The notes beneath the pieces are model-generated. The model was not told the origin of the DNA. It saw only the letters and a program-made list of their open reading frames with translations, and did no database searches. 64,000 bases of DNA from Chrysomallon squamiferum (Eukaryota > Animalia > Mollusca), in assembly GCA_012295275.1 (NCBI GenBank), contig CM022671.1, positions 13,392,001 to 13,456,000 of the forward strand, read 5' to 3'. Both the position numbers and the translations under genes were made by a program. This document shows, one piece after another, positions 38,250 through 57,118 of this stretch (within the stretch, counting starts at the first letter, position 1; the number at the start of each line of letters is the position of its first letter).

Positions 38250-38750
38250 TAATTATAAATTACTTCATTCTTTCAACAGTTCATAGCACTGTTGATAAGG
38301 TTCAATATTTTCATTTCATGATATTTTTTTTTTCTAAAAGAAAAAAGAAAGAATGAATTATTAGTATTATTATTAGTATAATAGTTGTAGTAATATTGAA
38401 AGACAGTTTCTTCTCTTACTGTTATCTTGAATGTATCAGATACTATTACCCAATAATAAATAAATGCTATAAATATTACGAAATGCTTTTGAATGTTACC
38501 ATCAAAAATAGATTTTTGTTTTACCATCTCGTCGAATTCAGGACTTGCAGATCTTTCAAAAATGTTCTGAAATAACAACAATAACAACAACAACAATAGT
38601 TACAACAGTAATGAAAGTGTGATGATATTTACAACACATTTTTATAGATTTTTTATAAACATATGCTGTCATGCATATTCAAGTAGCCTACATAAGATAC
38701 AAATGTTAAGAAATATGAGGTGAACCAGTACTATAAAATACTAAGTTATT
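38250..38750 (+). repeat. Diverged direct duplicate of ~29010-29475, containing a 42-nt minus-strand exon-like segment (38566-38525)
   Basis: Same shared blocks as the 29010-29475 copy. The minus strand reads ttatttcag|aacatt...gagATG|gtaaaa. Confidence 0.8.
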
Positions 38751-39221
38751 AATATTATCATCATTATTATAGTGTATGCACGTGTATGAATGTGTGGGCG
38801 TGTGCGTTAATGTTATTCAGTTTAATATACACGCCTTAATTTTTAATCACATTAAATGTATACTTTCATTTTATTACACCCGGAAAAAACATACACAATT
38901 ACATTGTTATCTTGAACAGTTTTCTCACAGCTGAGTGAGTAGCAAAGTCAGTTTTCTATTGTTGTTTTAGCTGAGTCAGACGTTAATGGATATCAGCAAC
39001 CAGTCTTCAGTTATGCTTTGTCACGACCTTACACACCAAATAGTATATTTTTATTTATTTATTTATTCTTTATTTCGGTTTATTTAGTATTTTCTCTTGA
39101 AGTCTGTATTAAGCGTCTCGCTTGTCGCATATAAAAGAATCATTATAAAATTATAATAGTTGACGTCAAAACTTTTTATACCTAATAATGTATACAGTGA
39201 GTGTAGGAAGTAATGGCATAG

Positions 39222-39257
<36 letters not shown>

Positions 39258-39464
39258 CTCGGAATAAATGGCACCTTATTTATTTTTTTCAATATAAAAT
39301 GGTGCCTTGACTTAGGAATTTAATTCATTCCGTGACCAAGCTTGTAACTCAATTTGCTCGAATATCAAATCAATTTTCCCAGCTGAAATTAATTGAATTA
39401 ACATTAATCCGTTTCTATCCCAAAAAACAAACCCGTTTTTTTTTTGTTTTTTTATGTAACGTGT

Positions 39465-39705
39465 TACGAGTGCTCCAACTTACAAGTTTTTCGAGTTACG
39501 AGTAACCGGGGTGATTTTTGCGAGTTGCGAGCCAAAATCCGAGTTACGAGCGAACTTCAGATACGCCGCTTCTAGTTGGCGCAACGAATAACACAACATC
39601 TGCCCACCATCCCGCGTCTCACTCGTTTGCTTGACGTGGTTATCTCGCCGTGGAAGCATCTCTGTTGTGTTGTGGCCGCGTTTTGTGCAGTATTTTGCCA
39701 AATTT
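39465..39705. mobile_element. CpG-rich probable DNA-transposon end fragment
   Basis: Reiterated (c)gagttacgag / gagttgcgag motifs in a CpG-rich island within AT-rich DNA. No partner TIR was found. Confidence 0.35.
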
Positions 39706-39709
39706 CCAT

Positions 39710-39752
<43 letters not shown>

Positions 39753-39891
39753 AAGAGTATAAATAAATTACTTAATTATCTTTGTAGTTTTTATGTAAGT
39801 CAAGTTACCACTGTATTGAGAAACTAATTTCATCATGAAAGATGTTTTTATCTGTAATAATGATGACGTCCCCCTCTCACCCCGTTATTAA

Positions 39892-39928
<37 letters not shown>

Positions 39929-40316
39929 TTGCTTCTTGGTTTTATTTACAATCATATTTAACGACTCTTTGGTTATCTAGAGTTCAATTTCAAGTACCTT
40001 CTCTTGCGTTCGGGAGAAGACCCTGGTAAACAGATTAATGACAAACATAAACAGTTCCTAAATAAAGCTACCTGAGCTGTAGGTCAAGTAACCTGCGAAA
40101 TCACAACCTATTCACTGAGTTTTGAGGTTAACACGAAATTGTAATTCAATACAAGTACTGAAGTAATCTGAATAAGAATGGCACACCGAATCGTATCGTA
40201 TGGGACATCCATATTAAATAGAAAACAAAATTATAAATATTAAATTCAGATTACTATTTCAAATTTAAATTTCAAAGTTATTTACGTATTTATTTATTTA
40301 TTTATAATAATAATAA

Positions 40317-40347
<31 letters not shown>

Positions 40348-41074
40348 AAGAAGAAGAAGAAGATATTATGATTATTAGTAGTAGTAGCTGCTAATAGTAA
40401 TTTGTTGCTGTCGTTGTTGTAGTTTTAATAAGTAGTATTAGGAATCTTATCATAAATTTTCTTTAATTCAAAAGTAGTATGAGAATTAGCTAGAGGAGAA
40501 GTTTAAAAATGATGTTGATGTTCTGCATGACTGAAGCAGTACTTGGTTAAATGACGGCTTTCTTGTATTACACGGTGTGTTACACGAGTGTTATTGAAGC
40601 TGGCCTAGTTGTAATAGACGAGCTTAAAATGTCACAAGACATGGTTTTTATTTCTATTTTCTTTCTTTATTTTTCTTCTTCTTCTTCCTTTTTTAACTTT
40701 AAAAATTTACTTCCCAGTTATTTTTCAGTTATCCATTATAATTAGAGTAATATTCTTAATGTAGAATAAAAAACTTTTTATTTCTGCTCATCAGGAGGCC
40801 TACTGTACAACATAAATAAATATACTCAGAATTTTTACATCACAATCCATGTATTTTTCTCTTTGAAGATATTTATAGAGAAGAGAAACATCTGGAAGTT
40901 GAACTTTTTTTAAAATAATATATCTTATTTACATGACGGACATCATACCAAAACTGGATATATTACGAAAGTGTTTACCTACCTCAGTAAGAATTCCACT
41001 TTGTCTGAAACGACAAACTGTGTTACAGAGCGTAAGATTATTTTACGAACTATACATCGAACTGAACTACTCAC

Positions 41075-41181
41075 CTGTTTAGAGGTATCGTGACGGTATC
41101 CGTCTATGAAGTACCGAACTGTATTGTAAACAATTTATACCAAGTTATTACTTGTTCAGGAGAAAAATAAAAATGACGTCA
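41075..41181 (-). promoter_or_regulatory. Candidate first exon and CRE-containing promoter of the chitin-binding membrane protein gene
   Basis: A strong donor CAG|GTGAGT at 41075/41074 on the minus strand, with a perfect TGACGTCA at 41174-41181. Confidence 0.35.
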
Positions 41182-44100
41182 GAAGCTACAACATTTTTTT
41201 TAAAAGTAGAAAAATGAGAAGACAAGGAACTTTATAAAAAAAAAAAAAAAAAAAATTTTTTTATTTGTTTTGTTTGTTTATTTCCGGGCTATTTTACGCA
41301 TCCAAAATTCTGGGATGGTTTGATTTAAGAAGTAAACTTTTAATACAACTCGATTTTTGATTATAGGTACGTTGCAATATACATTTAATTGATATCCTGT
41401 AGAATATGAAATATATATAGGCTTGTAACATAATATTTAAACCTGTCAAAGCCCACACAGCATATTTATGCGTGACGTTATTACTGTTTGCTGAACACTA
41501 CAGTGCCACCTCTCCAGCTGCAGCCCTAACGTAATATAAATGAGCAATCACTAAAGAACTCAAGCTATTTTAACATGAATTGTTATTGTTTGAAATATTC
41601 ATGAAACGTGGTTAAATATGACATACTATTAATACTATAAACATATATAAATTTGTTATTTATAAAAAGAGTTTATTATTTTCATTGTTGTTGTTATTAT
41701 TATTATTTTACACAATGTTTCGAGCATGTGGAAAAAACTAAGGAAATATACTGAATAAGCAATTTATTGTCATAATTATTTCACAGGCAGTGCCAAAAGT
41801 TTATTGGGATGTACATTTTGTTCCATGTTGTTAAGTAACCTATTCAAATGATTTATTTATTAATAAGATACCAGTAAAATATGATTTGTTCAGTGTCAGC
41901 GTTTTGTACACAACAAAATCTTCAAATTCCAAGCACAACTGTCATTGTTTTTCACATTTTCTTCTATGTTGGGAAAGTCCAGTCATTTTATTTTATGAAG
42001 TAACTTAATCAAATAATTCATTTAGTAATAACAATATAAATAAAATCATATCTAGTCAGTGGTATTAATATACCACGTCAGGAAAAAACACAGACTGGTC
42101 CACTGCATGCACTGCATTACCCTGCTCGAAACCTTTTCTTCTGAAGTGAACATATTTCATTTTGGTTAGAATTTAGAATATGTTACGTTTGTAATAAAAT
42201 TTGTTTAAAGAAAAGCTTTGTTTTTGGATAAAATAAATACAAGTATTATTCATTATTTAACTTTTCACAATATGTGTGATGCATGGACAAAATCACAGAA
42301 TAATGCACCATAACTGGAAAAAATATTTTTAAGTTCATTTTTTAATTTTACAGAGAGAACATGAATGAAAATGAGGTAGAGGAAACTGTCAGATATTAAC
42401 ATAAAATATTATTCAGTGACACAGATTACTATGATCAGTACATTTTATTGTTACACTATATCACAAATATAAATAAACTGACAGAGTATAATAAAACAAT
42501 AATGGGGATTTTCCACTGCAATTTTTAACTTCATTCAATATCTAAAATATGTAAAAAGTAAACATATTCACTACAAAGAATGTTCTAAGACTTACCAAAA
42601 TGTAATTCTTATGTACACATAATTAATGCTGTCATATCCTGTTGTGAATAATACACTGAACTTCTCATGGCATACATATAATTATTTAAATTGGTGTTTG
42701 TGTTTAATTTTATTTTATAATAAAATTATTGCCTTTGTCAAAATACTATTTATCAAATTTTTAAAAATAATAATTTAACATCTTTTAGATAATGTAATAA
42801 ATTAAATAAATTTTGAAATAATTCTAAATAAATAAAAAATAAAAATAATAAAATAAAATAAATGAAAACAAAACAAAAATAATAATAAAAAAATATACCC
42901 CCGAATCCAAATATAAAAAACTCCAAACCCAAACACCCCAAAAAAGAAAAAAAAATATAAATAAAAAAACTTAATAAACTTATCCACTATGGAAATATTT
43001 TACTTTTTATCTTCTTTTTTTTTTTTAATATTTAATTTTTTTTTGTGTGATTCTTTAAAAGAATAGAAAAATAATAATAAATAATAAAGAAAAAAAAAGT
43101 ATACTAAAACCACATTTAAATTTACTGTAAATTAGAATTAGTTATTAGTATGTATCTTCCATTTAACATCTGTAATACACAACATTATTGTCTGCAAATA
43201 AAAAAATCACATGCTGCTTTCATTAATTATACATTTGGCAAAAAGTTGAACCCCTCAAAAAACAACTGATTTTTAAATGTCCTCTTAATATAAAGGTGTT
43301 TATATTCCAAATAATCTACAGAAAAAGAAAAAAAATCATACAAAGAGAAAATGTGTTTTAAAGTTAACAATGTATATACATGTATATACATTTATATGTT
43401 TGATGCTGGACCTCAGTTAAGTTTTATGTCACCAGACATTTTTTACTCTGGATCTCTTAATTGAAGCACAGTTTATTTTTACAGATTAAAGGCTGATTTC
43501 AAATTATTGTTATGCTTAACAAAACATTTATTTACACTGCACACAAATATATGACTTATAATTTTAATTTCTTTTTTAAAGAATAACTGGTTTTAAATTT
43601 GTTGTCATTATTACAAAATAATTTGAACTTTTATTTAAATATATATGCCATATGTTATTTACATACATGCATATTTATACATCATATTACACTGAATAAA
43701 ACAGCATACACATAATTTAAAAAAAAGATACATTTCTCTGAAGACTATATTATAATTCACAACAATCTACATTATTATAAATAAGAAAAATATATGAAAT
43801 TTTCCAAAATTTTTGTCAGTGCATTTTTAAAATAAATAGTAAATTATCAATTGAAAATGTACAGAATAAAATAAAAAAATAATAAAATAAAGAAGCAAAC
43901 ATTTTTTAAAAGCACTTATTATTATATATTATTCATCATTTATAATTACAGTGGTTTGTTATTGTTGCTGTGTTATTCTATATATACAAGAATATTAAAA
44001 TCATTATATTGGATTTCCAACTGATTGTAATTTCCTAAATGTAATTAAATGAACATTAAAAGTGGCAGATAAATACAGTCAGCTGTCAGTATATTAACTC

Positions 44101-45380
44101 TTCAGTGGAACGAAAGAGAGAACTGACACCTAGCTAGTTTATTGGGAGAAATGTTACAAAAAATGGGGAAGACTTTCACCTAGATTTTTGTAGTATAGTT
44201 TCAATATTACATCACACAAATAGCATTAGTAATTTAATTTGATACAGCAATTATAAACTCATAATTACAAAATCAACTGATCAAATGATGCACAATAATG
44301 TGGTAACTGAATACCATGAAGTTTATCTTCAGATCGTTTAGAATTATTTTTACTAGTAACATGAATGTTTATATTTTTGAAAAAAAGAACAGAATAATTT
44401 TTTGTTTTTATTGGCAGTGGTTTTTAAATAATTTTAATAAAAGGAAAAAGACAACAACTGAATTTCAACAATATAAAAAGATTAAATGTTTACAATTGTT
44501 TAAGAGAACTGTATCGCATACAGCAAGCTGTAATAATCCTAACAAAAGATATCTAAACCAACAGCTTAAATGTGGCAACATTACAGAGATCTATTATGTA
44601 AGTAATGGTACATTCATAATATTGTGACTTGATTCAGCATAATTTAAAAGGATATTTCTTAAAGAACATTCAACAGCACTATGAAAAGATTTATTAAACA
44701 TGAGAGAAATGTCACCAAGTTTTCTATTGTATAATTTCAATATCACAAAAATAGCATTAGTGATTTAATTTGATACAGCAATTATAAACACATAATTACA
44801 AAATCATTTGATCAAATGATGCACAAAAGGTGTATCCTTTACATTTACCCTTTTAATCAGTTTGAAACTTTCACAATTCATTTAGAATTTCTGAAAATTT
44901 TACACACACACACACACAGATTCAGATAGACAGACAAATTCTAAGTTTTTAAACACGTTAGTCACAGTTAATTTCTAAGAAATCTGTGGATATTATTTTT
45001 AATAGAAAACTATTGATCTATCTTGTTTTGTCTCCTTTAATGAAATCCCTACAAACCAATGTAAATGTTTTGGAAGTAACTAAACATTAAAAGTGTAAAC
45101 TACTGAATATTAAATGTCTTATTAATATATGTGACTAATACTGTTTAAAATATACCTTCTGTAATCAAAATATAATTATGCTAAATAACAAACACAATCT
45201 TGAAATGAATGAAATTCTTCAATATCTATAACCAGTAGCACATGTGCTTGTATTATACATATATTATAAAACACAAACAATCTTAAAATGAAAAGTATAC
45301 TTTGCCAAAATCGGGTATTTACAAGTGTTTGTTTACATATATCCACACAATACACAAAAGTCTTGCAATGAATTACTATT

Positions 45381-50796
<5,416 letters not shown>

Positions 50797-51694
50797 GATA
50801 AGATTTACAGGAAACGTCCTTCAATATAAAGTTATATTTTGAAATCTGATTAATAAATTTTCTTGTTAACATACATCCATTAGTAGCTGACAGAACTTTT
50901 GTTTTGATCATTTCAAAAAAGTTATCTGGAAAATATTAAAAAATAAAAATTAATTGCAGTTAATACATTAGTAAACTAAAAAATAAACAATAAGCAACAA
51001 TCATCTTTTATAAGTAAATGAAACTATAAACTTTTATTAATGTCACTGAACGTATTTAAAATTTCATAGTGTCACACCCATTTGTGATTTAGTATTATAC
51101 TTTGAGAGCAAATACATAATAGTAATACAATAAACAGATAATGAGAGTCAACTGTGGTCAATGACGATTATTGATTAGAGTTGAATAAATCAATTATCAT
51201 TTAATAATCATGATAATAGGTAACCTATATACCAATTATACTGATAGTAAATTGTAATCAATAGACCCGTTTTCCTGTTTTATTCTAGTCAGGAATTATA
51301 GTAGCCTACATTACAAACATTTTAACAAACCATAAAAATTAACTATAACTGTGATCATGACAGTGTTTTTAACTCTCACAGGAATCAGTTCTCAGAAAAT
51401 ATTCTGATTTATCAATATCATTTGCTGATTTAATATTAGTAGTAGTAGTCCTACTCCTACTCCTAGGCTGAAAAATACGACAACTAACTTACTAAGTCTA
51501 ATCATGAAAAATATTTTAATCAATATATTTCAATTTTCATAATAATACATTTTCCTGAATTCTAAATGTTAGATCATAAAACAAAACAAAAACAAATAAA
51601 AATTAATAACTACCTATGAGCAGTGTTTACAACAACAACAACAACAAATCACATATCTATCAGTACGTTGATCAAAAGTTTCGTATTTATTCTT

Positions 51695-51712
51695 GTTTCC
51701 GGTGACGTCAAG
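51695..51712. promoter_or_regulatory. ETS-CRE composite element in the probable bidirectional TPRA1/DCLRE1C promoter
   Basis: gtttccggTGACGTCA: the ETS core CCGGAA (minus strand) abuts a perfect CRE, between divergent genes whose start codons are ~2 kb apart. Confidence 0.55.
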
Positions 51713-52824
51713 CAAGTAGTATTAAACACGAGTATATTTCCTGTAGATGTAGCTGAACAGAGGATCCAAGTTTAGAATATAATATTTAGAAATAAAGATA
51801 ATCATCTTAAATTTTAAGCCTATGATGTTTTCTTCTTATGTTGAATCTATAACATTTATAATAGGTGGCTTAGATAGTATCTATAATAATTAAAATGAAA
51901 TATTCTGTTTTCATTTTTTCTTTTCTTACTTTCACTTTGAGTATTAAATGTATAAAAATTAGAAATAAAAATAATGTATCATGTAATCATATTACTATTA
52001 TTAGGAATACTTAAGCTGCAGAATGGCATTTGGCAAAACTCAGGACATTATTTATTGTTTTACTTTCATGGAAATCTTTATTTGTCAAACTTGATTCAGT
52101 TGGTTAAGCCGGTATGTATTATGGAAATTAAAACTAAAAGCACTTTCTTTTAAAATACAAATTTATAGTTTCTTATTTAGTTGTTACTATTACATACTAG
52201 TATTAGATATTTAGTATTTTCATCTTTTGAATTTATTCAACTAATTGCTTCAGCATCTTGATCTTGAGTTTGAGATATTTTTATAATATTATTTAAAAGT
52301 AATGACAGTAATAGTCTTGGTCACATATAATTAGATGCATCATACAGAACATTAACTATGAATAAATATGTTTAAGCTCAAAAACTAAATTGGTAAATAT
52401 TGTTAGATTATTTAGTTAATTTATTTCACAGTTTGGGTCACAACAAGCGTAATCCTTTATGATAATTTATTTTCCTTGCAGATTTTGGTTTTTATTGCAT
52501 ATCTGAAAGTAATAAACCAACAAAGGATACCAGTCACTTCCATCTTAATGTTTTTAATCATTAGTTCTTATTGTTTATACCTAATGTAATGACTACTGTT
52601 ACTGTGACTGTCACTGAAAAAGACATAAAACATTTGATTTAGCACTTATATGATAAATATTATTGCAGTTACAAATACACCATTACTATTTTATACATTG
52701 GTCAGAATATTAATTTTTTTATTAATTAAAAAGATATAATTAAAAGAAGTGAAAAAATAAATTAAAAGCATTTGTTTAATATTGCAGATAAACTGATATT
52801 GATGGTCTGACTTAAAGAAACAAA

Positions 52825-55800
52825 ATGAGTGAATTTTCAGGAAAGATGAAAGAATATAAACAGTTGTCTATTGATCGTTTTGATGGCCATAACCTTAAAT
52901 CCACTGTTTTTTTTTTATCTCATTGTCACAAAGGTGTGTTAACTGACATAAAACACACATGTACATCCACAGGCACCCAAATGCATACTTATTTACATGC
53001 ACGTGCACACACAAAATTTATAAATGTATGCACAGTCCAAAAAATATTTGTTAATTTAAACTACATGCTGGAGATAATATTTCTTTTGTTTTACAAAACA
53101 TGCACCTGAACATTCTTACCTGTTACAAATAAACAAATTAAAACAGTAAAAATACCAGTAGAAATTTGTATAATGTATGCATATGTATGTGTAGGCTATT
53201 TCACTTCTGTTTCAGTATGTAGAATGTAAATATTCTTGTTTAAATTGTCAAAGTACAGTGAATATTCTGTTACATTTATAATTAATTTTAAAAACATAAC
53301 TTTGATAGAAATGTGCAGAATACAGGTTTAATGTAGGGACTTTGTACTACTAAAAGACACAAAGATGTTGGTTTTATTTCAGATCATATGGTGGGTCTCG
53401 ATTCTTCTAGCTTCATTGAGAAACTTAAGTCAAGGTAATTTAGATAAACCATATCTTTTTTTAAAAATTGAAATTAAATTATTTTATCCTACCTTGGAAT
53501 TTTAAATTAGTACTGTTGCTGTGCATTTTTAAAAACATAAAATGTGTTGTTATTGGGAAAATCCTGCTTAAATGGGGCTATGTTTTTCTCCATTTTTAAT
53601 TACATGTTGTAAAATATTTTTTTAAATAATGTATTTGTCTTTCAGAACTGATGTATTTCTTTACTGCACTGAAATCACAAAGATTCTATTGTTGTCAGAA
53701 TCAGCCTATAAACCACTGGAAAAGTATATTGTGAGTTCACGGTATTATTTTGAAATATTCAGGATTTAATTTTTTATTATCATATGGGAAAGACTTTAAT
53801 TACATTAGAAAATGTAAATTTTTATTATTTGTTTTATGTTATTACTTTATTACTTTATTTTTGAAAAGTTAAAAACAAAAAACAATAAAATAATTTTCAT
53901 ATTAAATTTTTCAGAAAGTTTTGATTCCAGAGGAATCTGAATCAGTATCCATTCCTGATCCTGTTAGCTGTACGGCAAGTACAATAATTTTTTTAATTCA
54001 GATTTTTCATTTAAATTCCATATAGAATGGTTGTGAATTAGTGTGAGAAACAGTGAGAGAGAGAGATCATTTAATAAGAAATCACTTTAGAGGGAAACCT
54101 TTCTTGATTTTCTTTTGTCTCATTTATATATTAAATTTAATTTTTTATGTTTTTTTTTTTTTTTTTTTTTAAATTTTGTTTAATTGATTTTCAACAATTA
54201 GATAAATTAAAATAAGACTTAATAAGATATACATTTTTTATTATAAAATTAAATGTTGATCTTGACATTTAAATCTGTATTTCAGAATAGTGTGATAGTC
54301 GTTACCCCTTTACCAGCTCTTCACTGTCCAGGGTCAGTAATGTGAGTGTGTATATATATATATCTATATATATCATAAACTTTGAACCATTAACAATATT
54401 AAAACACTGTGGAAATGTATGTTAAAAATGTTTCTCATTGATGAAGTCTTGTAGAAAAAAAATATGATTATATTTAGCTGCATTTTAGGTATACAGTTAA
54501 AAAGAAATAACTTCAGATTTATCCTTCAATAGTTTGAAACTAATTTTTAAACATTTATGGCATTAATTTTTAATTATATGATTAAATAATTACAATCAAT
54601 AGTTTAAAAAAAAAACTGAAATACAAATAATATGAAACAAAATGGGATTTTTATATATACGGTCAAACTAGACAACTTGAGTGTCATCTATTTGTCAAAA
54701 ACCTCAATCTCTCAAGCAGAAAGGCTTCTATGTAAATTAGTAATAATTAGTAATAATAAACTTTGAATAATCAAACATAAATATGACAATAACCTCTGTT
54801 TACTTGAAATTGTTTACAGTACCAAACACTGATTTAATCAAATTAGTCTTGAAAACTCAAAATGCTGGAATGGTCATGCTATTGTATCCCTTGGTAAATA
54901 CAGAACAATGGGTTATTGATTAAGATGAATGAAATGTGCCTACCTCCATCATCTGGGTTTTACAGTATTGTTACATAATACATCATTGCAGATTTCAAAG
55001 ACTTTTGTAGTTAAATGATAAAGTTCACTGTTGTTTGTTTTGCTTACAAATAAATGTATTGTGTCAACCATGTTATTGTATTTGCTATTTAAAAAATGAA
55101 AACTGTAATAAAGTTTGGATGGAAATACAGACGCTGAAGGAAAGACCGTTTCTTTAAGAAATCTGCAAACATCTTTTATTACTAACTTTTTTGGATAATG
55201 ATATTTTGAAATGATGATTTTTAATGTTTGTTAATCGTTATATTTATTGTAGAAATAATGTTTGTAAGTAGAAGTATAATGACTAATTTAGTTATATATA
55301 TTTATAGTATGTTTGTAATTTAAAATAGTTTCATTGGGTTTAAGTTTATGTTTTCAGTAATTAATGTATGTGTTTGTATCATCTGTTTTTGCTGCTTTAT
55401 ATCTCAATAAATACATTTTCATATAATTTAAGTGTGTGTGCATGACCCTGTAAAATTAATTTGAGATGTGTTTTTTTATTTGTTTTGTTATTTATGTACT
55501 TTATTAAATAAAAAAGAGTGTATTTCTTGAAATATGAAACACAATACTTGTCCATTAGAACTGCAATAAATATTTAAAATTTGAATACTTGAGCACACCG
55601 AAGTCTGAGTTGTTTTTGCTGACCCCTTCCATTTTGACTTATTGAAGTTTGACTGTATGTGTGCATGTGTGTGTGTTAATGTAAACTGAATATTTTTGAT
55701 AGTAAATTGCTAATATATACTGTGTTCATTTATTTTCAAAATTATATTGTTTTAAAAATTTGAAATTATTTTTTTTCTTTTACTCTGGAGGTTTGTGTTT

Positions 55801-57087
55801 GAAGGTGATGAAGGGACAGTTTTATACACAGGAGATTTCAGATGGGAGACAAACCATGCTGTCAACATAAATGCTTTTAAAACTGGAGAGAGGTGGTTAT
55901 TATTTACATTAATAGCAAAAAACAATAAGTTGATGTTTATAGATCTCTGGGTAATACTGTTTTAGTACCTTTTGTTTACATTCTTGTACAGATTCCTGGG
56001 TATTGTATTATGATATCAAGTCAATGTGTTAATTATATAACATTTTTAAATTTAAATTTATTTTTATATATAATGTAAGGAATAAATAGTTTTTTCAGAA
56101 CACTTTAGAATATGCTCGGTTACAGTTTTAAGTTGGTGAAACTGTGACATTTGGCTTTAAATAAATATTTATTTCAAATATCTCTTGTTTCAGTTTGAAA
56201 CAAATTGAAAGCATATACATAGATACAACCTTCTGTGTGGAAAGTGCATTTCACTTCCCGAGCAGGTCAGAATGTTGTCAGGTTTCATGTAATATTGTCA
56301 GAGATTGGTTGTTAAGGTCCAGTCAGCATTATGTTCACATAACATCAAGGACAAAATATGGCCATGAACCATTAATGGAAGAACTTCATGCCAGCACTGG
56401 TTATAAGGTATGAGAAGAGTGAAAACAAAATTAATGAAATCAACTTTTGGATGTTTACTGCTTAAATATAGTTTATGTACTTCAAAATGATTATGTCATT
56501 CTTTTCCACCAGAAGTCCTTACTAATAATAAAGTATGTGAACAACTGTAAGCTCCTGAAAACTGACATTTTAAATATTGTGATGTCATTTCACAGAGGTA
56601 ATTTTGTTTTCCATAACCTGATAAAAGCATAATAAATGAGCACTTCATTATCTTTATGACATTTAATAATAGTTTGTTAATGGACAATTCATTATACTAT
56701 GATCCTACCTTATTTTTTTTTATCAATACTTAATTAATTTTATTAATATTATAATTGTCATCATTATTGTTATTATTATTATTATTTTTCATATTTAATA
56801 ATTATTAATATAATTATTTTAATGTAAGCAGGAGTGATCCCATTTCCAGATGTTTCCTTTATTTTATATTTGATGTTTAGATCCATGTTCTAGATTGGAA
56901 ATATGATGTGTACAGTCAGATCAGTAACCTGAAGAATGTCTTCACTACAGATCCTACCACCAGGATACATGCTTGTAACAAAGTTGTAAGTATTCTCTTT
57001 TATACAGTTATTATTTTGTTCACGATTAGAGGTAGGTTATAATATGTGAAACAGGAAACACATGCATGTATCTTTGTGTGCTTTCAT

Positions 57088-57118
<31 letters not shown>

